Assembly (NCBI GenBank): GCA_963817895.1
Contig: CAWFQB010000004.1
Coordinates: 544,001-608,000, forward strand
Length of the DNA stretch: 64,000 nt
Reading direction: 5' to 3'
DNA from: an uncultured Chthonomonadaceae bacterium
GTDB taxonomy: Bacteria > Armatimonadota > Chthonomonadetes > Chthonomonadales > Chthonomonadaceae
The translations under genes were made by a program, and so were the position numbers. Below the pieces are notes generated by a model. It was not told where the DNA came from and did no database searches. It worked only from the letters and a program-made list of their open reading frames with translations. Positions 1 through 11,534 of the stretch are shown piece by piece. Every line of letters begins with the position of its first letter. Position 1 is the first letter of the stretch.

Positions 1-1232
1 GTTGCCCTGCCCGCGCCGCCCCGCTATGCCGGTCACGCGAACGTGTTGCGAGACGGCGCGCGGCAGGCATCGGCGCGAGCGGCCAATGCGTATGCGGAAG
101 CCCTGCGCCGGTATACGGTGGAAACCGACAACGACAAAGAGGCCGTGATGCTGCGCATGGCCGAAAACCAGATTCGGGAAGCGCGGGCAGGGTACGACAG
201 CGCGATTGACCGCCTGCAAATGTTCGTGCATGAGCATCGCGGCGGGAATATAGCAACGGCGCAGCCCGCCGGGGATGAGAAAGTGGGGGGCGCGTCCACG
301 CTTGCCGCCGCCGGGGGATTGGGCGGGCTGTACAGCGAGCGGGCGCAGTTGGAACAGGAGATTCAGACGCGGGAAGCGACCCGAACGGCGCGAATCGCCA
401 TGCTGGACAGCCAACTCCATTCGCTGGCGACGCTGCCGGGAGAAGACCCGCTTCTGGCCGGGGCCAGAGCCGGGGAGCGCAGGGCGGATGAGGAACTGCA
501 AGCCCTGCGCATCCAGTTTGAGGCCGAACATCCACAGGTGATCGCCGCGCAGGAGAAACTGCGGATCGCGCGGAGAGCGGGTTCGCCGGGAAGCGGACGG
601 CCTGAAAAACGGCCTGACCAGTGACCGCGCCACCAATCTGGCGGAAACAAGCGGCCTGCGCAGCCGACTGGAAAAGGTTCGCGCGCAGATCGCCCTTGCC
701 GAAGGGCAGGCGCAAACCGGGCGCGAACAAACGGCGGAACTGGAAAAACTGCGCAATGAAGCCATTCTCCGTCTGGAAGTGCTGAAAACCACGTCCACGC
801 AGGTTGCCACGCTGCGGGTGCAAACGGCATCGAGCCAGAGCCGCATCCTGGTGATAGATCAGGCGCGGCCCGCAGAAGTGAGCAGTCCCGGCCTGATGCT
901 TATCAGCCTGTTCAGCGGGTTTGCGAGCCTAGCGATTCTGCTTTTATGGTTGATAGCGGAATACGCCTTCGGCAAGCGCGAACCAATGCTTGTCGTTACG
1001 CCTCTTGCGCGGACTGCCCAACGATTTCGGCGCCACTGCGGTTATCAACATCCACGCGAACGGCGCTTACGGCAGCGGGGTGCATGTCAACACGGTTCAC
1101 GCCAACAACGGCGGGAGCGCGCGGAAGGAAACCGCAAGTGTCGCGTATGCCAACGGCACAAACGGGCATGGGACACATGCGGAACCCATGATGATTATCT
1201 CTGATTTAGACGCGGAAGGAACGAACGGATGA
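1..1232 (+). CDS. Polysaccharide co-polymerase / chain-length determinant (Wzc/GumC-like), 5'-truncated by the window and frameshifted
   Basis: ORF pieces 43-624, 779-1204 and 990-1232 give a coiled coil with an 'EHPQVIAA' motif, then 'ILVIDQARP' followed by a TM helix. The stop overlaps the next start (ATGA at 1229-1232). Confidence 0.6.
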
Positions 1233-2161
1233 AAGTTCTGGTGACGGGCGCGGCCGGGTACATCGGCAGTATTTTATGTGAGCATCTGCTTGCCGCAGGG
1301 CATGACGTGATCGCCCTTGACAGCCTGCTGTACGGCCAGGCGTCCCTGTTCCACCTGTGCGCCAATCCCCGTTTTGAATTTGTGCGGGGCGACGCGCGCG
1401 ACGAGAGCCTGCTGCGCCAACTGGTACGCAAAGCCGACGTTATTATTCCCCTTGCCGCCATTGTGGGCGCGCCCGCCTGCAAGCAGGACCCATACCTCAC
1501 CACGTCTATCAATCTCGACGCGGTACGCCTGCTCAACCGTCTGCGCTGCCCCGACCAACTGATGATCTATCCCACGACCAACAGCGGCTACGGCACACAG
1601 TCCGGCGACGAATATTGTACAGAGGAGACTCCCCTACAGCCAATATCACTGTATGGGCAGACCAAATCCGATGCCGAGGCCGACGTGCTGGCGTCCGAAA
1701 ACGCGATCACGCTGCGATTGGCAACCGTGTTCGGAACTTCGCCCCGGATGCGGCTGGATTTGCTGGTAAACCACTTCACGTATGCCGCTGTGACGGACAG
1801 CTACCTCGTCCTGTTCGAGAAAGATTTCAAGCGCAACTTCGTGCATGTCCGCGACGTGGCGGATTGCTTCCTGTATTGCATGACACACGCCGACAGCATG
1901 ACCGGCAGGCCGTACAACCTCGGTCTGGACGCGGCCAACCTGTCCAAAGAACAACTCGCGTTGAAGGTACAGGAACACGTTCCGCATTTCTACCTGCACT
2001 ACTCCGAAGTGGGCAGCGACCCTGACAAGCGCAACTACATCGTCTCCAACCAGCGCCTGCGCGAAGCCGGATTTGAAGCGCGGCACTCCCTCGACGACGG
2101 CATCCGCGAACTGCTCAAAGGCTACGCGATGCTGGGTAGAGGGACGTTTAAGAATATTTAG
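1229..2161 (+). CDS. NAD-dependent nucleotide-sugar epimerase/dehydratase
   Basis: GAAGYIG Rossmann motif, YGQTK catalytic YxxxK, RLATVFG motif. Confidence 0.9.
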   Translation: MKVLVTGAAGYIGSILCEHLLAAGHDVIALDSLLYGQASLFHLCANPRFEFVRGDARDESLLRQLVRKADVIIPLAAIVGAPACKQDPYLTTSINLDAVRLLNRLRCPDQLMIYPTTNSGYGTQSGDEYCTEETPLQPISLYGQTKSDAEADVLASENAITLRLATVFGTSPRMRLDLLVNHFTYAAVTDSYLVLFEKDFKRNFVHVRDVADCFLYCMTHADSMTGRPYNLGLDAANLSKEQLALKVQEHVPHFYLHYSEVGSDPDKRNYIVSNQRLREAGFEARHSLDDGIRELLKGYAMLGRGTFKNI

Positions 2162-2166
2162 TTACA

Positions 2167-2261
2167 GGGAGTAGGTTGTAGGGAGTAGGCAAATACTATC
2201 TCGTTCGCGTTGCCATCTTACAACAAGAGGGCATTGCCCCTACTCCCTACAACCTACTCCC
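2167..2261. repeat. Intergenic inverted-repeat element (GGGAGTAGG family), copy 1
   Basis: Perfect 23-bp inverted repeat: gggagtaggttgtagggagtagg (2167-2189) and cctactccctacaacctactccc (2239-2261). Confidence 0.9.
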
Positions 2262-2276
2262 CAGGATGTACTTCTT

Positions 2277-3314
2277 ATGATTATCACCAGAACCCCCCTG
2301 CGCATCAGTTTCTTTGGCGGGGGTACGGATTATCCTGACCACTTTCGCGAACATGGCGGCCAGACATTAGGCGTCGCCATCAACTACTACTCCTACATTA
2401 CTGTGAAGTCGTTGGCTCCCCTGTTTGATTACGCGATCCGGGTTGGTTATCGGCGCACGGAACTCGTGCAGCGATTGGACGAAGTAGAGCATCCTTCGGT
2501 GCGGGAGTGTATGCGCTATATGGGCGTTGAGGGCAATGTGGAAGTGGATTACATCGGCGATTTGCCCGCCCGCAGCGGGCTGGGATCGTCGTCCTCGTTC
2601 ACGGTCGGCCTGCTTCACGCGCTTCACGCCTACAAGGGCGAACTGACCACGCGGGACCAGCTTGCGCGGGAAGCCGTGTATGTGGAACAGCAGATGATCG
2701 GGGAGCGCGTCGGCGTTCAGGATCAGTACCTGTGCGCTCATGGCGGCCTGACGCATCTCAAAATGCGCCGGGACGGGCAAATCAAGGCGCAGGCCGTACC
2801 CTTGCGTTCAAGCCGATTGGAAGATTTCCATTCGCATCTGATGCTGTTTTATACGGGCTTGCAGCGCAACGCGCACGACGTGTTGGACGAGCAGATCGCG
2901 AACACGCGGCAGGGAACCGTAACGGCTGACCTGCATCAAATGTCCGATCTGGTGGATCAGGGCATCGAGGTATTGACGAGTGAGCGGCCCCTGTCCGTCT
3001 TCGGCGAATTGCTGCACGATGCGTGGGAAATCAAGCGCGGCCTGTCCAGTAAAATCAGCAACGCGGATATTGACCGGCATTACGCCGAGGCGCGGCGGGC
3101 GGGCGCGGTGGGCGGCAAATTGCTGGGGGCGGGGGGCGGCGGGTTCCTGCTGTTTGTGGCTCCTCCCGAACGTCAGGCAGGCATTGCCCGCGCCCTGTGG
3201 CCGCTAAAGCAGGTTCCATTCCAGTTCGATTTTACGGGTTCCGACATCGCGTTCTATCATCCCGAAGGCCATCTGGTCACGCCGCAGGCCGTCACGCTGG
3301 AACGCGCCGCGTAA
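2277..3314 (+). CDS. hddA: GHMP kinase, D-glycero-alpha-D-manno-heptose-7-phosphate kinase-like
   Basis: TPLRISFFGGGTD, PARSGLGSSS, GVQDQY and GGKLLGAGGGGF motifs, within a polysaccharide cluster. Confidence 0.8.
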   Translation: MIITRTPLRISFFGGGTDYPDHFREHGGQTLGVAINYYSYITVKSLAPLFDYAIRVGYRRTELVQRLDEVEHPSVRECMRYMGVEGNVEVDYIGDLPARSGLGSSSSFTVGLLHALHAYKGELTTRDQLAREAVYVEQQMIGERVGVQDQYLCAHGGLTHLKMRRDGQIKAQAVPLRSSRLEDFHSHLMLFYTGLQRNAHDVLDEQIANTRQGTVTADLHQMSDLVDQGIEVLTSERPLSVFGELLHDAWEIKRGLSSKISNADIDRHYAEARRAGAVGGKLLGAGGGGFLLFVAPPERQAGIARALWPLKQVPFQFDFTGSDIAFYHPEGHLVTPQAVTLERAA

Positions 3315-3351
3315 TCTCTGATTCACTTCAAAAAGATCAAAGGCTAACAAA

Positions 3352-4257
3352 ATGAGCAATCAGATTGCTGACATGGTGGGAAAGACGCCCCGGCGAGTGG
3401 CGGGGGCGGCGAAACGGAAACTGGTCACGTCGCTGTGGCATGTGGAGCACTCGCTGGCGCGGCGAAAGGGCGGGGCGGAAATGGACGGGCGGCAAGCCTC
3501 GTGGGTGGCGACATTGGAAAATAAGCTGCCCAACAGCGGGCCGATTCCGGTTGACGCCGACGCCAACCCCGACACCATTATTCAGGCCGCGCAGGATGTG
3601 ACGAAGCGGCAAACGGCGGCTGAAGGCTTTGAGGGATTGGCGCTGGATGACGCGCTTGTGTACACCAACGCCTACAAGGACATGAGTTTCTTTCCGCTCA
3701 CACAGGCTATCGCGCAGATTTGCCGCGCGGCTCGGAACGCGCCCCTGACTTCCGTGCTGGAATTGGGCTGCGGCAGCGGACACATGCGCCGGTTCTTCGA
3801 GTCCTTCGGCGCGAACGATTATCTGGGCGTGGACGCCAATCCTATCGCGTTCCGGCATAGCTGCCATATCGTCGGGTACGAGGAACACTATCGCCTGCTG
3901 AACTTGCAGGAGGAGATAGATTTCGCCGCCGAATTCGATCTTGTCTGCACGTTCGAGGTTCTGGAACACATTCACGAGGCGAAACTGGACGGGATGCTGG
4001 CGACGATTCGCAATCATATACGCCCCAACTCGCTGTTCATCGGAACCGCGTCGCTGGTGGCGGATTTCGACGTGCATATCACGGTTCATCCCCGCGAATG
4101 GTGGCTGGAACGGTTCGCCAAACATGGCCTTGTGCCGCACCCCGATCAGGAGGGGGCGATCCGCCTGCTGGCGCGGAACCATCCCTTCAACTGGAACGGC
4201 AACAACACCAATCTGTTCGTGTTGAAATTGGCGGAGGGCGGCAATGGTCATGCGTGA
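3352..4257 (+). CDS. Class I SAM-dependent methyltransferase
   Basis: VLELGCGSG motif I and FDLVCTFEVLEHI, with a ~130 aa N-terminal extension. Confidence 0.85.
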   Translation: MSNQIADMVGKTPRRVAGAAKRKLVTSLWHVEHSLARRKGGAEMDGRQASWVATLENKLPNSGPIPVDADANPDTIIQAAQDVTKRQTAAEGFEGLALDDALVYTNAYKDMSFFPLTQAIAQICRAARNAPLTSVLELGCGSGHMRRFFESFGANDYLGVDANPIAFRHSCHIVGYEEHYRLLNLQEEIDFAAEFDLVCTFEVLEHIHEAKLDGMLATIRNHIRPNSLFIGTASLVADFDVHITVHPREWWLERFAKHGLVPHPDQEGAIRLLARNHPFNWNGNNTNLFVLKLAEGGNGHA

Positions 4258-5218
4258 GGTTCGCGAATTCTTACAGGGGAAGCGGGTTCTCGTCACGGGC
4301 GCGAGCGGGTTTGTCGGGCGCAATCTGGTTCCCATGCTGGAACGGGTTGACTGCGAACTGCTCACGCCCACGCGCCGACAATATGACCTGCTGGAACAGG
4401 AGCAAATACGCGCCCTGCTTGCGGACACGCGCCCGGATGTGGTTCTGCACCTTGCCGGTTTAATCGGGGGCATCATGGCGAACAAGCAGCGGCCCGCCGA
4501 CTTTTGTACTCAAAACCTGCTGATGGGAACCCTGATGCTGCACGAATCCTATCAGGCGGGCGTCAGCAAATACATTACGCTGATGGGGGGATGCAGCTAT
4601 CCGGCCCACGCGCCCTCGCCAATTCGCGAAACCGAACTGTGGAACGGCTACCCGCAGCCGGAAAGCGCGCCGTACTCGCTGGCGAAAGCCATGAGCGCGG
4701 TGCAGGCGCAATCGTACCGTCGTCAATATGGATTCAATGCGGTCGTATTGGTTCCCGGCAACATCTACGGCCCACACGACAACTTTGACCTGACGAACTC
4801 GCACGTCATTCCCGCCCTGATACGCAAGTTTTCGGAAGCGCGGCGGGACGGACAGCGCGAAATCGTGTCGTGGGGAACGGGCCGGGCAACCCGCGACTTT
4901 ATCTACATCAAAGACGCCTGCGAAGCCATTCTGCTCGGCGCGGCCACGTACAGCGGCAGTGACATCATCAACCTGTCGTCCGGCAACGCGACCACGATAC
5001 GAACCCTTGTGGAAACCATTGCCGACCTGACCGGCTACCGGGGCGCAATCGTGTGGGACGCGAGCAAGCCTGAAGGCCAGTTGGAAAAAGGCTTCGACGT
5101 AACGCGGATGCGCGACATTTTGGGTTACGAGTGTCCCACATCCCTGCGCGAAGGTTTGAAACGCTCGATAGAGTGGTACGAGTGTAATCACGGAACGGCG
5201 CGTTTGATAGCCGCCTGA
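4244..5218 (+). CDS. fcl: GDP-L-fucose synthase family epimerase/reductase
   Basis: GASGFVG, GCSYP, YSLAK, NIYGPHDNF, SHVIPALIRKF and WGTG..TRDF motifs. Confidence 0.8.
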   Translation: MVMREVREFLQGKRVLVTGASGFVGRNLVPMLERVDCELLTPTRRQYDLLEQEQIRALLADTRPDVVLHLAGLIGGIMANKQRPADFCTQNLLMGTLMLHESYQAGVSKYITLMGGCSYPAHAPSPIRETELWNGYPQPESAPYSLAKAMSAVQAQSYRRQYGFNAVVLVPGNIYGPHDNFDLTNSHVIPALIRKFSEARRDGQREIVSWGTGRATRDFIYIKDACEAILLGAATYSGSDIINLSSGNATTIRTLVETIADLTGYRGAIVWDASKPEGQLEKGFDVTRMRDILGYECPTSLREGLKRSIEWYECNHGTARLIAA

Positions 5219-5233
5219 TCCGTTTCTAATTGG

Positions 5234-5283
5234 CCCTCAACCCCTAACCCCTTCTCCCAAAAAAGCCTGGGAGAAGGGGAACC
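5234..5283. repeat. REP-like palindrome (CCCCTCTCCC...GGGAGAGGGG family)
   Basis: ccctcaacccctaaccccttctccca-aaaaagcc-tgggagaagggg. Related copies lie at 10191-10240, 17100-17115 and 20722-20835. Confidence 0.75.
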
Positions 5284-5303
5284 TGAGAGTAAGAAAAATC
5301 ATC

Positions 5304-6431
5304 ATGCCCCAAACTGCCACCCAAACACAACCCATCTCCTTCTTCCAGAGCCACATTGCGCCCGAAGCCATCGAACTCGTCAACGAAGTATTGCGTTCCG
5401 GGTGGGTCAATGAGGGCGAAATGGTCAAGCGGTTCGAGCGTTCCCTGACGGCAACGCTTGGGATGCGCCATCCCGTCACCGTGAACAGCGGAACCGCCGC
5501 GCTGCATCTCGCGCTTGCGACCGCCAATGTCGGGCCGGGGGATGAGGTGATTTTGCCCGCGCAAACGTTTATGGCGACGGGACTGGCGATTCTGATGCAG
5601 CGGGCCACGCCGGTTTTTGCCGATATTGACCCGCATACCGGCAATATCGCGCCCGCTTCGATTGCATCCCGCATTACGTCCAAAACTCGCGCCATTATGC
5701 CCGTGCATTGGGGCGGCTATCCGTGCGAACTGGACGAAATAAACGCCCTTGCCGAACAGCATCATTTGACGGTTATCGAAGACGCCGCCCACGCGCTCGG
5801 CGCGACCTATAAAGGGCAGGTTGTCGGCAACATTTCGCGCTTTACGGCCTTCTCGTTTCAGGCTATCAAGCACCTGACGACGGGGGACGGCGGCATGTTG
5901 TGCTGCGCTTCGGAAGAGGACGAGAAGCAGGCGGTTATCGGCAGGTGGTTCGGCATTGACCGCGCCAACATGCAGAAAACCCCGGAGGGCGCGCGGGGCT
6001 ACGACGTGTCCACACTGGGTTACAAGTACCACATGAACAACATCGCCGCTGCCGTAGGGTTGGGCAATCTGGTAGATTTCCCTGCCCGCTTGGCCCGCCG
6101 CCGCCAAGTCGGGGCCATGTACCGGGAGCAATTGAACAACATACCCGGAGTCGAACTGCTGGAATGTAAGCCCGACCGCGAACACGCCTACTGGCTGTTC
6201 ACCCTGCTTGTGGAACGCCGCGAAGATTTCGCGCGCAAACTGGCGTCGCGGGGCATCCCGTGTTCCGTCGTGGATTTCGGCATTGACCGCAACTCGGTCT
6301 TCAGCGTAACCCGCCACAACCTGCCCGGTCAGGACGCGTTCGACGCCCACCAGATTTCCCTGCCCGTCCACGAGGGGTTGAGCGACGCGGATGTCCATCA
6401 TATCGTGGAAACGATTTGTTCGGGCTGGTAG
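5304..6431 (+). CDS. DegT/DnrJ/EryC1/StrS sugar aminotransferase
   Basis: VNSGTAALHLAL, IEDAAHALG and FSFQAIKHLTTGDGG (PLP lysine). Confidence 0.93.
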   Translation: MPQTATQTQPISFFQSHIAPEAIELVNEVLRSGWVNEGEMVKRFERSLTATLGMRHPVTVNSGTAALHLALATANVGPGDEVILPAQTFMATGLAILMQRATPVFADIDPHTGNIAPASIASRITSKTRAIMPVHWGGYPCELDEINALAEQHHLTVIEDAAHALGATYKGQVVGNISRFTAFSFQAIKHLTTGDGGMLCCASEEDEKQAVIGRWFGIDRANMQKTPEGARGYDVSTLGYKYHMNNIAAAVGLGNLVDFPARLARRRQVGAMYREQLNNIPGVELLECKPDREHAYWLFTLLVERREDFARKLASRGIPCSVVDFGIDRNSVFSVTRHNLPGQDAFDAHQISLPVHEGLSDADVHHIVETICSGW

Positions 6432-6444
6432 GGGAGAATTGATT

Positions 6445-7458
6445 ATGACGGCAACCGAAATAGTACGCGAAACCAAAAGCGAAGAATTTACGCTGCGCTG
6501 CGCCCGCAACGATGCCGACGACGGCGCAGCGTTTCTGCGAACTTTCCAATTCGCTGTATGCGCGAAAAGTGAATCTGGACTATTACCGCTGGCAGTTTTT
6601 CGGCGGGCCGTTTCCGAGCGCGTTGAGCATGGTGTACGCGCCGAACGGTGATCTGGCGGGTTGCTACGGATTTCACCTGCGACGGCTGGCCGGTTCCGAC
6701 GCGCATATCAGCATGGCGCTGGAAGCGATGATTGCGCCCGCGTATCAGGCGAAAGGGCTGCTGAAACAACTCATAGAACACGGCAGCGAACAGTTCGCTG
6801 CAGACCATCCCATCGGCATCATGGGCATGGCGAACGCGCGGGCGGGACGTTTGTACAAACTGAAAATGGGCTGGTCGGAAGTGGCCGGCTTGCAGGACTG
6901 GAACTCTTGCCGCCGACGCGCTGCCGCCTTCCGAACTCTGCCGAACTCCGGCTCATCCCCTTGACGGCATTGGGCGCGGAAGAAGACGCCTGTTTGCGCG
7001 CGGCTTCTGAGCGCCGGGGCAAAGTCGGGATCGGGTTGGCGCGTGACGCCGCGTTGTGGCAATGGCGGTTTCTGGACAATCCCCGCTACCGTTACGAACT
7101 GTTCCGGGCGGAGAAGCAGGGCGTTTTAGTCGGGCTGCTGGCGCTGAAAATGTTCGTTGATCCGGTAACAGATGAACGCTACGGAGACATTGTAGACATT
7201 GCATGGCGCACGGAAGACGCCGCTATTCTGCCCCATTTGCTGACCGGCGCGGCGAACCATTTGCGCGATCAGGGGGCGCAACAGATTTCCACATGGCTGC
7301 AAACCAACACGGAACTGGATGAAGCGGGGTGTAAATTAGGATTTCAGCCAACAAGCCGCCAACGAAATCTGGTATGCAAAGTTCTGGACACGAATTGCGC
7401 GTGGCTGGAAGACCCGCTGCGCTGGTGTACCACAATGGCCGATACAGAAATGTACTGA
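6445..7458 (+). CDS. GNAT-family N-acyltransferase (two frameshifts)
   Basis: RBS plus ATG at 6445. Fragments 6512-6964 (PAYQAKGL acyl-CoA motif) and 6661-7458 (WRFLDNPRYRY) join into a two-domain GNAT. Confidence 0.7.
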
Positions 7459-7459
7459 A

Positions 7460-7522
7460 GTCAGGTTGTCAGGTTGTTAGGAATTTATCTACTGTCTACC
7501 GTCTACAGTCTACCGTCTACCG
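7460..7522. repeat. Short tandem arrays: gtcaggtt x2 followed by tctacNg x5
   Basis: Heptamers tctactg, tctaccg, tctacag, tctaccg, tctaccg at 7488-7522, between the GNAT and flippase genes. Confidence 0.85.
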
Positions 7523-7537
7523 TTGTGAGGATTTTTC

Positions 7538-9006
7538 TTGTCAATCGCTGCTGTTAATCAGGCCGGAAGGACGCGCTTTTTCGGGGGGCGTTCTTCCGGC
7601 TTTGTGGTAAATCTGGTGTCCGTTGGCGGCGCGACGGTGCTGATACGCCTGCTGAATCTGGTCATTCTCAGCTACGCGGGGCGCAAGCGCTTGGGCCGGA
7701 GAGTTTCGGCAAAATGGGGTTTGCGGCTGCCGTAATCGCATACGCCTCCATGCTGCTGTCGCCGGGAATGGGGCAGTGGGGAACGCGCAGCATTGCGCAG
7801 GATCGGGAACGCGCAGGCCGTACCCTGATTGAAATCAACGGAATTCAGTGTGTGCTGGCCTGCGCTGCTTATACGGGATTGGTTGTTTTGAGCGCCGGTT
7901 TGTGGCATGACGCTGTTTTGCGCCCGCTGATTTTGATACAGGGATTGTCGCTGTTTGTAGTCGCGCTGTCCGTAGATTGGGTGTTCAACGGCTTCGAGCA
8001 GATGCGCGTTCCCGCCCTGCTCAACCTGCTCAACTACGCGCTGCAAGTGTTGGGATATGGTTTGTGGGTGCATCGTCCCGAAGATTTGCTGCGGTTCGCG
8101 CTGATTGGATTGCTATGCAGCCTGTGTACAACCCTGCTCGGTTATGCCGCGCTGTTTCGCCGCCTGCGCCTGAAGCTTGTGCTGCCACAAATAAAAGAGT
8201 TGCGGCACACGCTGCGCCAATCCCTGCCGCTTGGCGCGACAATGGCCCTTGCCCTAGCCCTGCGCCACGCCACGACGCTGGGCGTGGAGCATGTCTGCGC
8301 CGCCGCCATGCTGGGCTGCTTCCTCGCCGCCTTCCGCATCTTTGAACTGACCACCACCCTGCCGAATACGCTTGTCGCCGTGTTTCTGCCGCGTCTGGCC
8401 CGACTGGTGGCGCAGGACAGGGCCGGGGCGCAACGGCAGGCGCAATGGTTCGCGCAAATCAACATGCTTCTCGGCTTCGGATTGGCGGCGATTGTGGCGG
8501 GGGAAGCGCCCGCCATCATTCAGCTTATCTATGGGGCGCGGTATGCCGATGCCGCGTTGCTGCTGCGCCTGATGGCGGTCGGGATCGTCTTTAATCATGC
8601 CGTGTTCGGCTACACCAACTGTCTGATTCCGTTCGGCAAGGATCGCGCCCTGCTGCGCTGTGTGGCGGTTTCCGCCTGTCTTGCGTTTGCCGGCAGCCTG
8701 TTTCTGGTTCCCCACTGGGGCGCAAAAGGAGCCGCGCTGACGATTGCCGGGCTGGACCTGCTGGCATGGGCCGCCACCCTGCGCGACTACCGCAAAACTA
8801 TCGGCCCGCTGAACCTGAGCGGCTGGACGGCGCCCCTGTGCGCCGGTTTACTTCTGCTTTTCGCGGCCCTCGCGTTGCAGCAAATGCGCGTCCCTCTGTT
8901 TGCGCGCCTGCCTGTATACTTGCTCTTCTATTTGCCTGTATTGAGTCGTTACAGGCGTGGATACGCCGGGTATCAACCTACAAGTGTTGAAAGCCCGCCT
9001 GCTTAA
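7538..9006 (+). CDS. wzx: Wzx oligosaccharide flippase (frameshift near 7690)
   Basis: Multi-TM MOP-family pattern ('LG...FG..FA', 'WVFNGFEQM', 'HWGAKGAA'), in a polysaccharide cluster. Confidence 0.8.
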
Positions 9007-9131
9007 ACGCCATATAGTCACAAAGGAATTTATTCAGTTGCAGCAAGCGAAATTTCAACAGGCATAGTTTTCAATTCGGTGTGAGCCTCGAATGTTATAT
9101 AGCAGGAATCCTCCCCTGAGTACGCGAATAC

Positions 9132-10142
9132 ATGCGTATGAAGATTATCGCGAACATTTCCTTCCAAATATTGCCGGTGTTGAGTCTTGCCTGCCTGCTC
9201 ACCATTTCTTCCCGCGCCCAGAATACAACGCCTGCCCGGAAGCAACCTTCTCCGGCGGGTAAGTCTGCCACCGCCAAACCAACGGTCGCCAGTGCTTCGG
9301 AAGCATCCGTGAAACTAATCGCTACGCTCACGGATACGCGCATCACGGAGAGTTCCGGGCTGGCGGTTTCCCGCGTCAACAACGGGATTTTCTGGACGCA
9401 TAATGACAGCGGCGACGGACCGTATCTTTACGCGCTCGACCGGAGCGGCAAAACCGTTGCCCGCGTGACGATTCCCGGCGCGACGAATGTGGATTGGGAG
9501 GACATGGCGAGCGGGCCGGGAGAGGACGCGCGCCCCGCGCTGTATGTAGCCGACTTTGGCGACAACAACCACAACCGGGATAATCTGGTTCTTTACCGTA
9601 TTCCCGAACCCGTTTTCGATCCCAAACAGCCCCAACCGGAACTGAAGTCGGAACTGCCCGACAAGTTTTTCTTCCGCTTCCCCGACGGGGCGCATGACAC
9701 GGAAACCCTGCTCGTCCATCCCCAAACCGGAGAAATGGTCGTTGTCACCAAAGAGGGCAGCGGACAGAGCGGCGTGTACGCCTTTCCGATCCCGCTCACT
9801 CCGGGCGGCAAAACAACGCTGCAAAAGGTGGGAACGCTCACCTTCGCGGGGCAACTGCTTTCCGGGTTCAGCAAGCGGTTCTCCGAAGGCGAGCGCATGG
9901 CAACCGGCGGCGCGGTATCCCCGGATGGCAAGCGCGTATTCATCCGCACCTATCTGGAGGGGTACGAGTGGACCATTGCGTCGGGGCAGTCCATTGCGCA
10001 GGCGCTGAAAGGCAAGCCGCAGCAGATGCTTTTGCCCCTGATGAAGCAGGGCGAATCCGTCTGCTACCGGGCCGACAGCAAAGCCATTTACCTGACAACA
10101 GAGGGCGCTCACTCCCCGCTTTATGAAGTAACGTTGCGGTAG
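9132..10142 (+). CDS. Secreted beta-propeller-like protein of unknown function
   Basis: Signal peptide, then ITESSGLAVS, WTHNDSGD, DWEDMA, VADFGDN and QGESV motifs. Confidence 0.7.
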   Translation: MRMKIIANISFQILPVLSLACLLTISSRAQNTTPARKQPSPAGKSATAKPTVASASEASVKLIATLTDTRITESSGLAVSRVNNGIFWTHNDSGDGPYLYALDRSGKTVARVTIPGATNVDWEDMASGPGEDARPALYVADFGDNNHNRDNLVLYRIPEPVFDPKQPQPELKSELPDKFFFRFPDGAHDTETLLVHPQTGEMVVVTKEGSGQSGVYAFPIPLTPGGKTTLQKVGTLTFAGQLLSGFSKRFSEGERMATGGAVSPDGKRVFIRTYLEGYEWTIASGQSIAQALKGKPQQMLLPLMKQGESVCYRADSKAIYLTTEGAHSPLYEVTLR

Positions 10143-10190
10143 GTTATTGGGTTGTTAGTCGGTAACTATTCAGCCTCTTCTTTTCATTCA

Positions 10191-10240
10191 AGAATAGCCC
10201 CTCTCCCAGGCTTTTTGGGAGAGGGGTTGGGGTGAGGGCT
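10191..10240. repeat. REP-like palindrome (CCCCTCTCCC family), inverted relative to the 5234 copy
   Basis: agcccctctcccaggctttttgggagaggggttggggtgagggc. Confidence 0.75.
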
Positions 10241-10261
10241 ATTCATTACTGAGGAGGCGCT

Positions 10262-11534
10262 ATGCAGGCGACAATTTTAGAAGCGAGCGTAGAATTTGTG
10301 CCGCAAACATTGCGCGTTCCGATGCGCCTGAGTTCCGGCGTGATTACCGAAATCACGGAAGCGCAAGCGGCAGTCACGGTGGAAGTGGATGGCAGGCGCG
10401 GGGTGGGGCGAGGAAGCATTTATCTCAGCGACGTGTGGGCGTGGCCCGACCCGATCCTCTCTCACGCGCAACGGGATGCCGAACTGCGCGGTTTGTGTAC
10501 GCGCATAGCACACGAATTGAAAGAACTTTGCGGAGATGAGGCCGCTCACCCGACGGAATTGGGATTGCGCCTGCATGACCGTCTTCAGCAGGAGACAGGT
10601 TCGTCCGTTCCGACCGTTCTGGCGCGAATAATGTGCGGCAGTCCGTTCGACGCCGCCATTCACGACGCGGTTGGAGTCGCTTTGGACCGTTCTGCCTTCT
10701 CCTTTTATAACGATCCTGTTCCGCTTCCTTCCGCCGACGCGTATTTTCCCGAAACCGGCGCGTGTGGGGCGGTTGCCCGAACGTTGCGCCCGAACCCGTT
10801 AAAGCAGTTCGACGCATGGCTGTGCGTGAGCAAGGATGATACGCTGGAACGCGACATCGCGCCCTGGATTCGGGAACGGAATTATCGCAGTTTCAAATTG
10901 AAACTGATGGGCAAGGACAGCGTAGCGGATGCCGCCCGCACCGTTGAAATTTATCGGGGCGTACAGGAATGGGGAGCCGTTCGCCCGCGCCTCTCCGTTG
11001 ACAGCAACGAGGGCAACCCCGATGCCGCAAGCGTCCTGGAGTATCTGCTGCGCCTGCAAGCCGACGCCCCGGACGTATTCGCCGCGCTGGAATATCTCGA
11101 ACAGCCCACAAGCCGCGACATTCTCGGTTCGCCGCAAAACTGGCGTGACGTTACCAAACTTAAACCCGTGATACTGGATGAGGGACTAACGGGAATGGAA
11201 CTGCTTCACGCGGTTCAGGAACAGGGCTGGAGCGGTATCGCGATTAAAACCTGCAAGGGACACAGTTTCTCGCTTGTCGCTGCTGCATGGGCGCGACAAA
11301 AGGGGCTTGAAGTCTGCTTGCAGGACTTGACCAATCCGGGCCTGTCCGCCATTCATTCCGCCCTTGTCGCCGCGCTGTGTTCCCACCCTGAACGGCATAG
11401 AACTCAATTCGCCACAATATACGCCGGACGCCAACGCCGATTGGCTGCCCCGTCTCAGCGGACTGTTCGCGCCCACGGATGGCCTGCACCGCCTGCCCGA
11501 TACCATCCCTGCCGGACTTGGTTCACAACTATGA
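10262..11534 (+). CDS. Mandelate racemase/enolase-superfamily protein (frameshift near 11380)
   Basis: FKLKL (KxK), VDSNE, YLEQP, ILDE and QDLTNP motifs. The shifted frame continues NGIELNSPQY...GLGSQL* and overlaps the next ATG. Confidence 0.8.

Noticed and set aside
3337..6509. Long antisense ORFs (3337-4485 and 5244-6509; likewise 36974-38212 and 50514-51395)
   Set aside because: Shadow frames of well-supported opposite-strand genes in GC-rich DNA, with no recognisable motifs.
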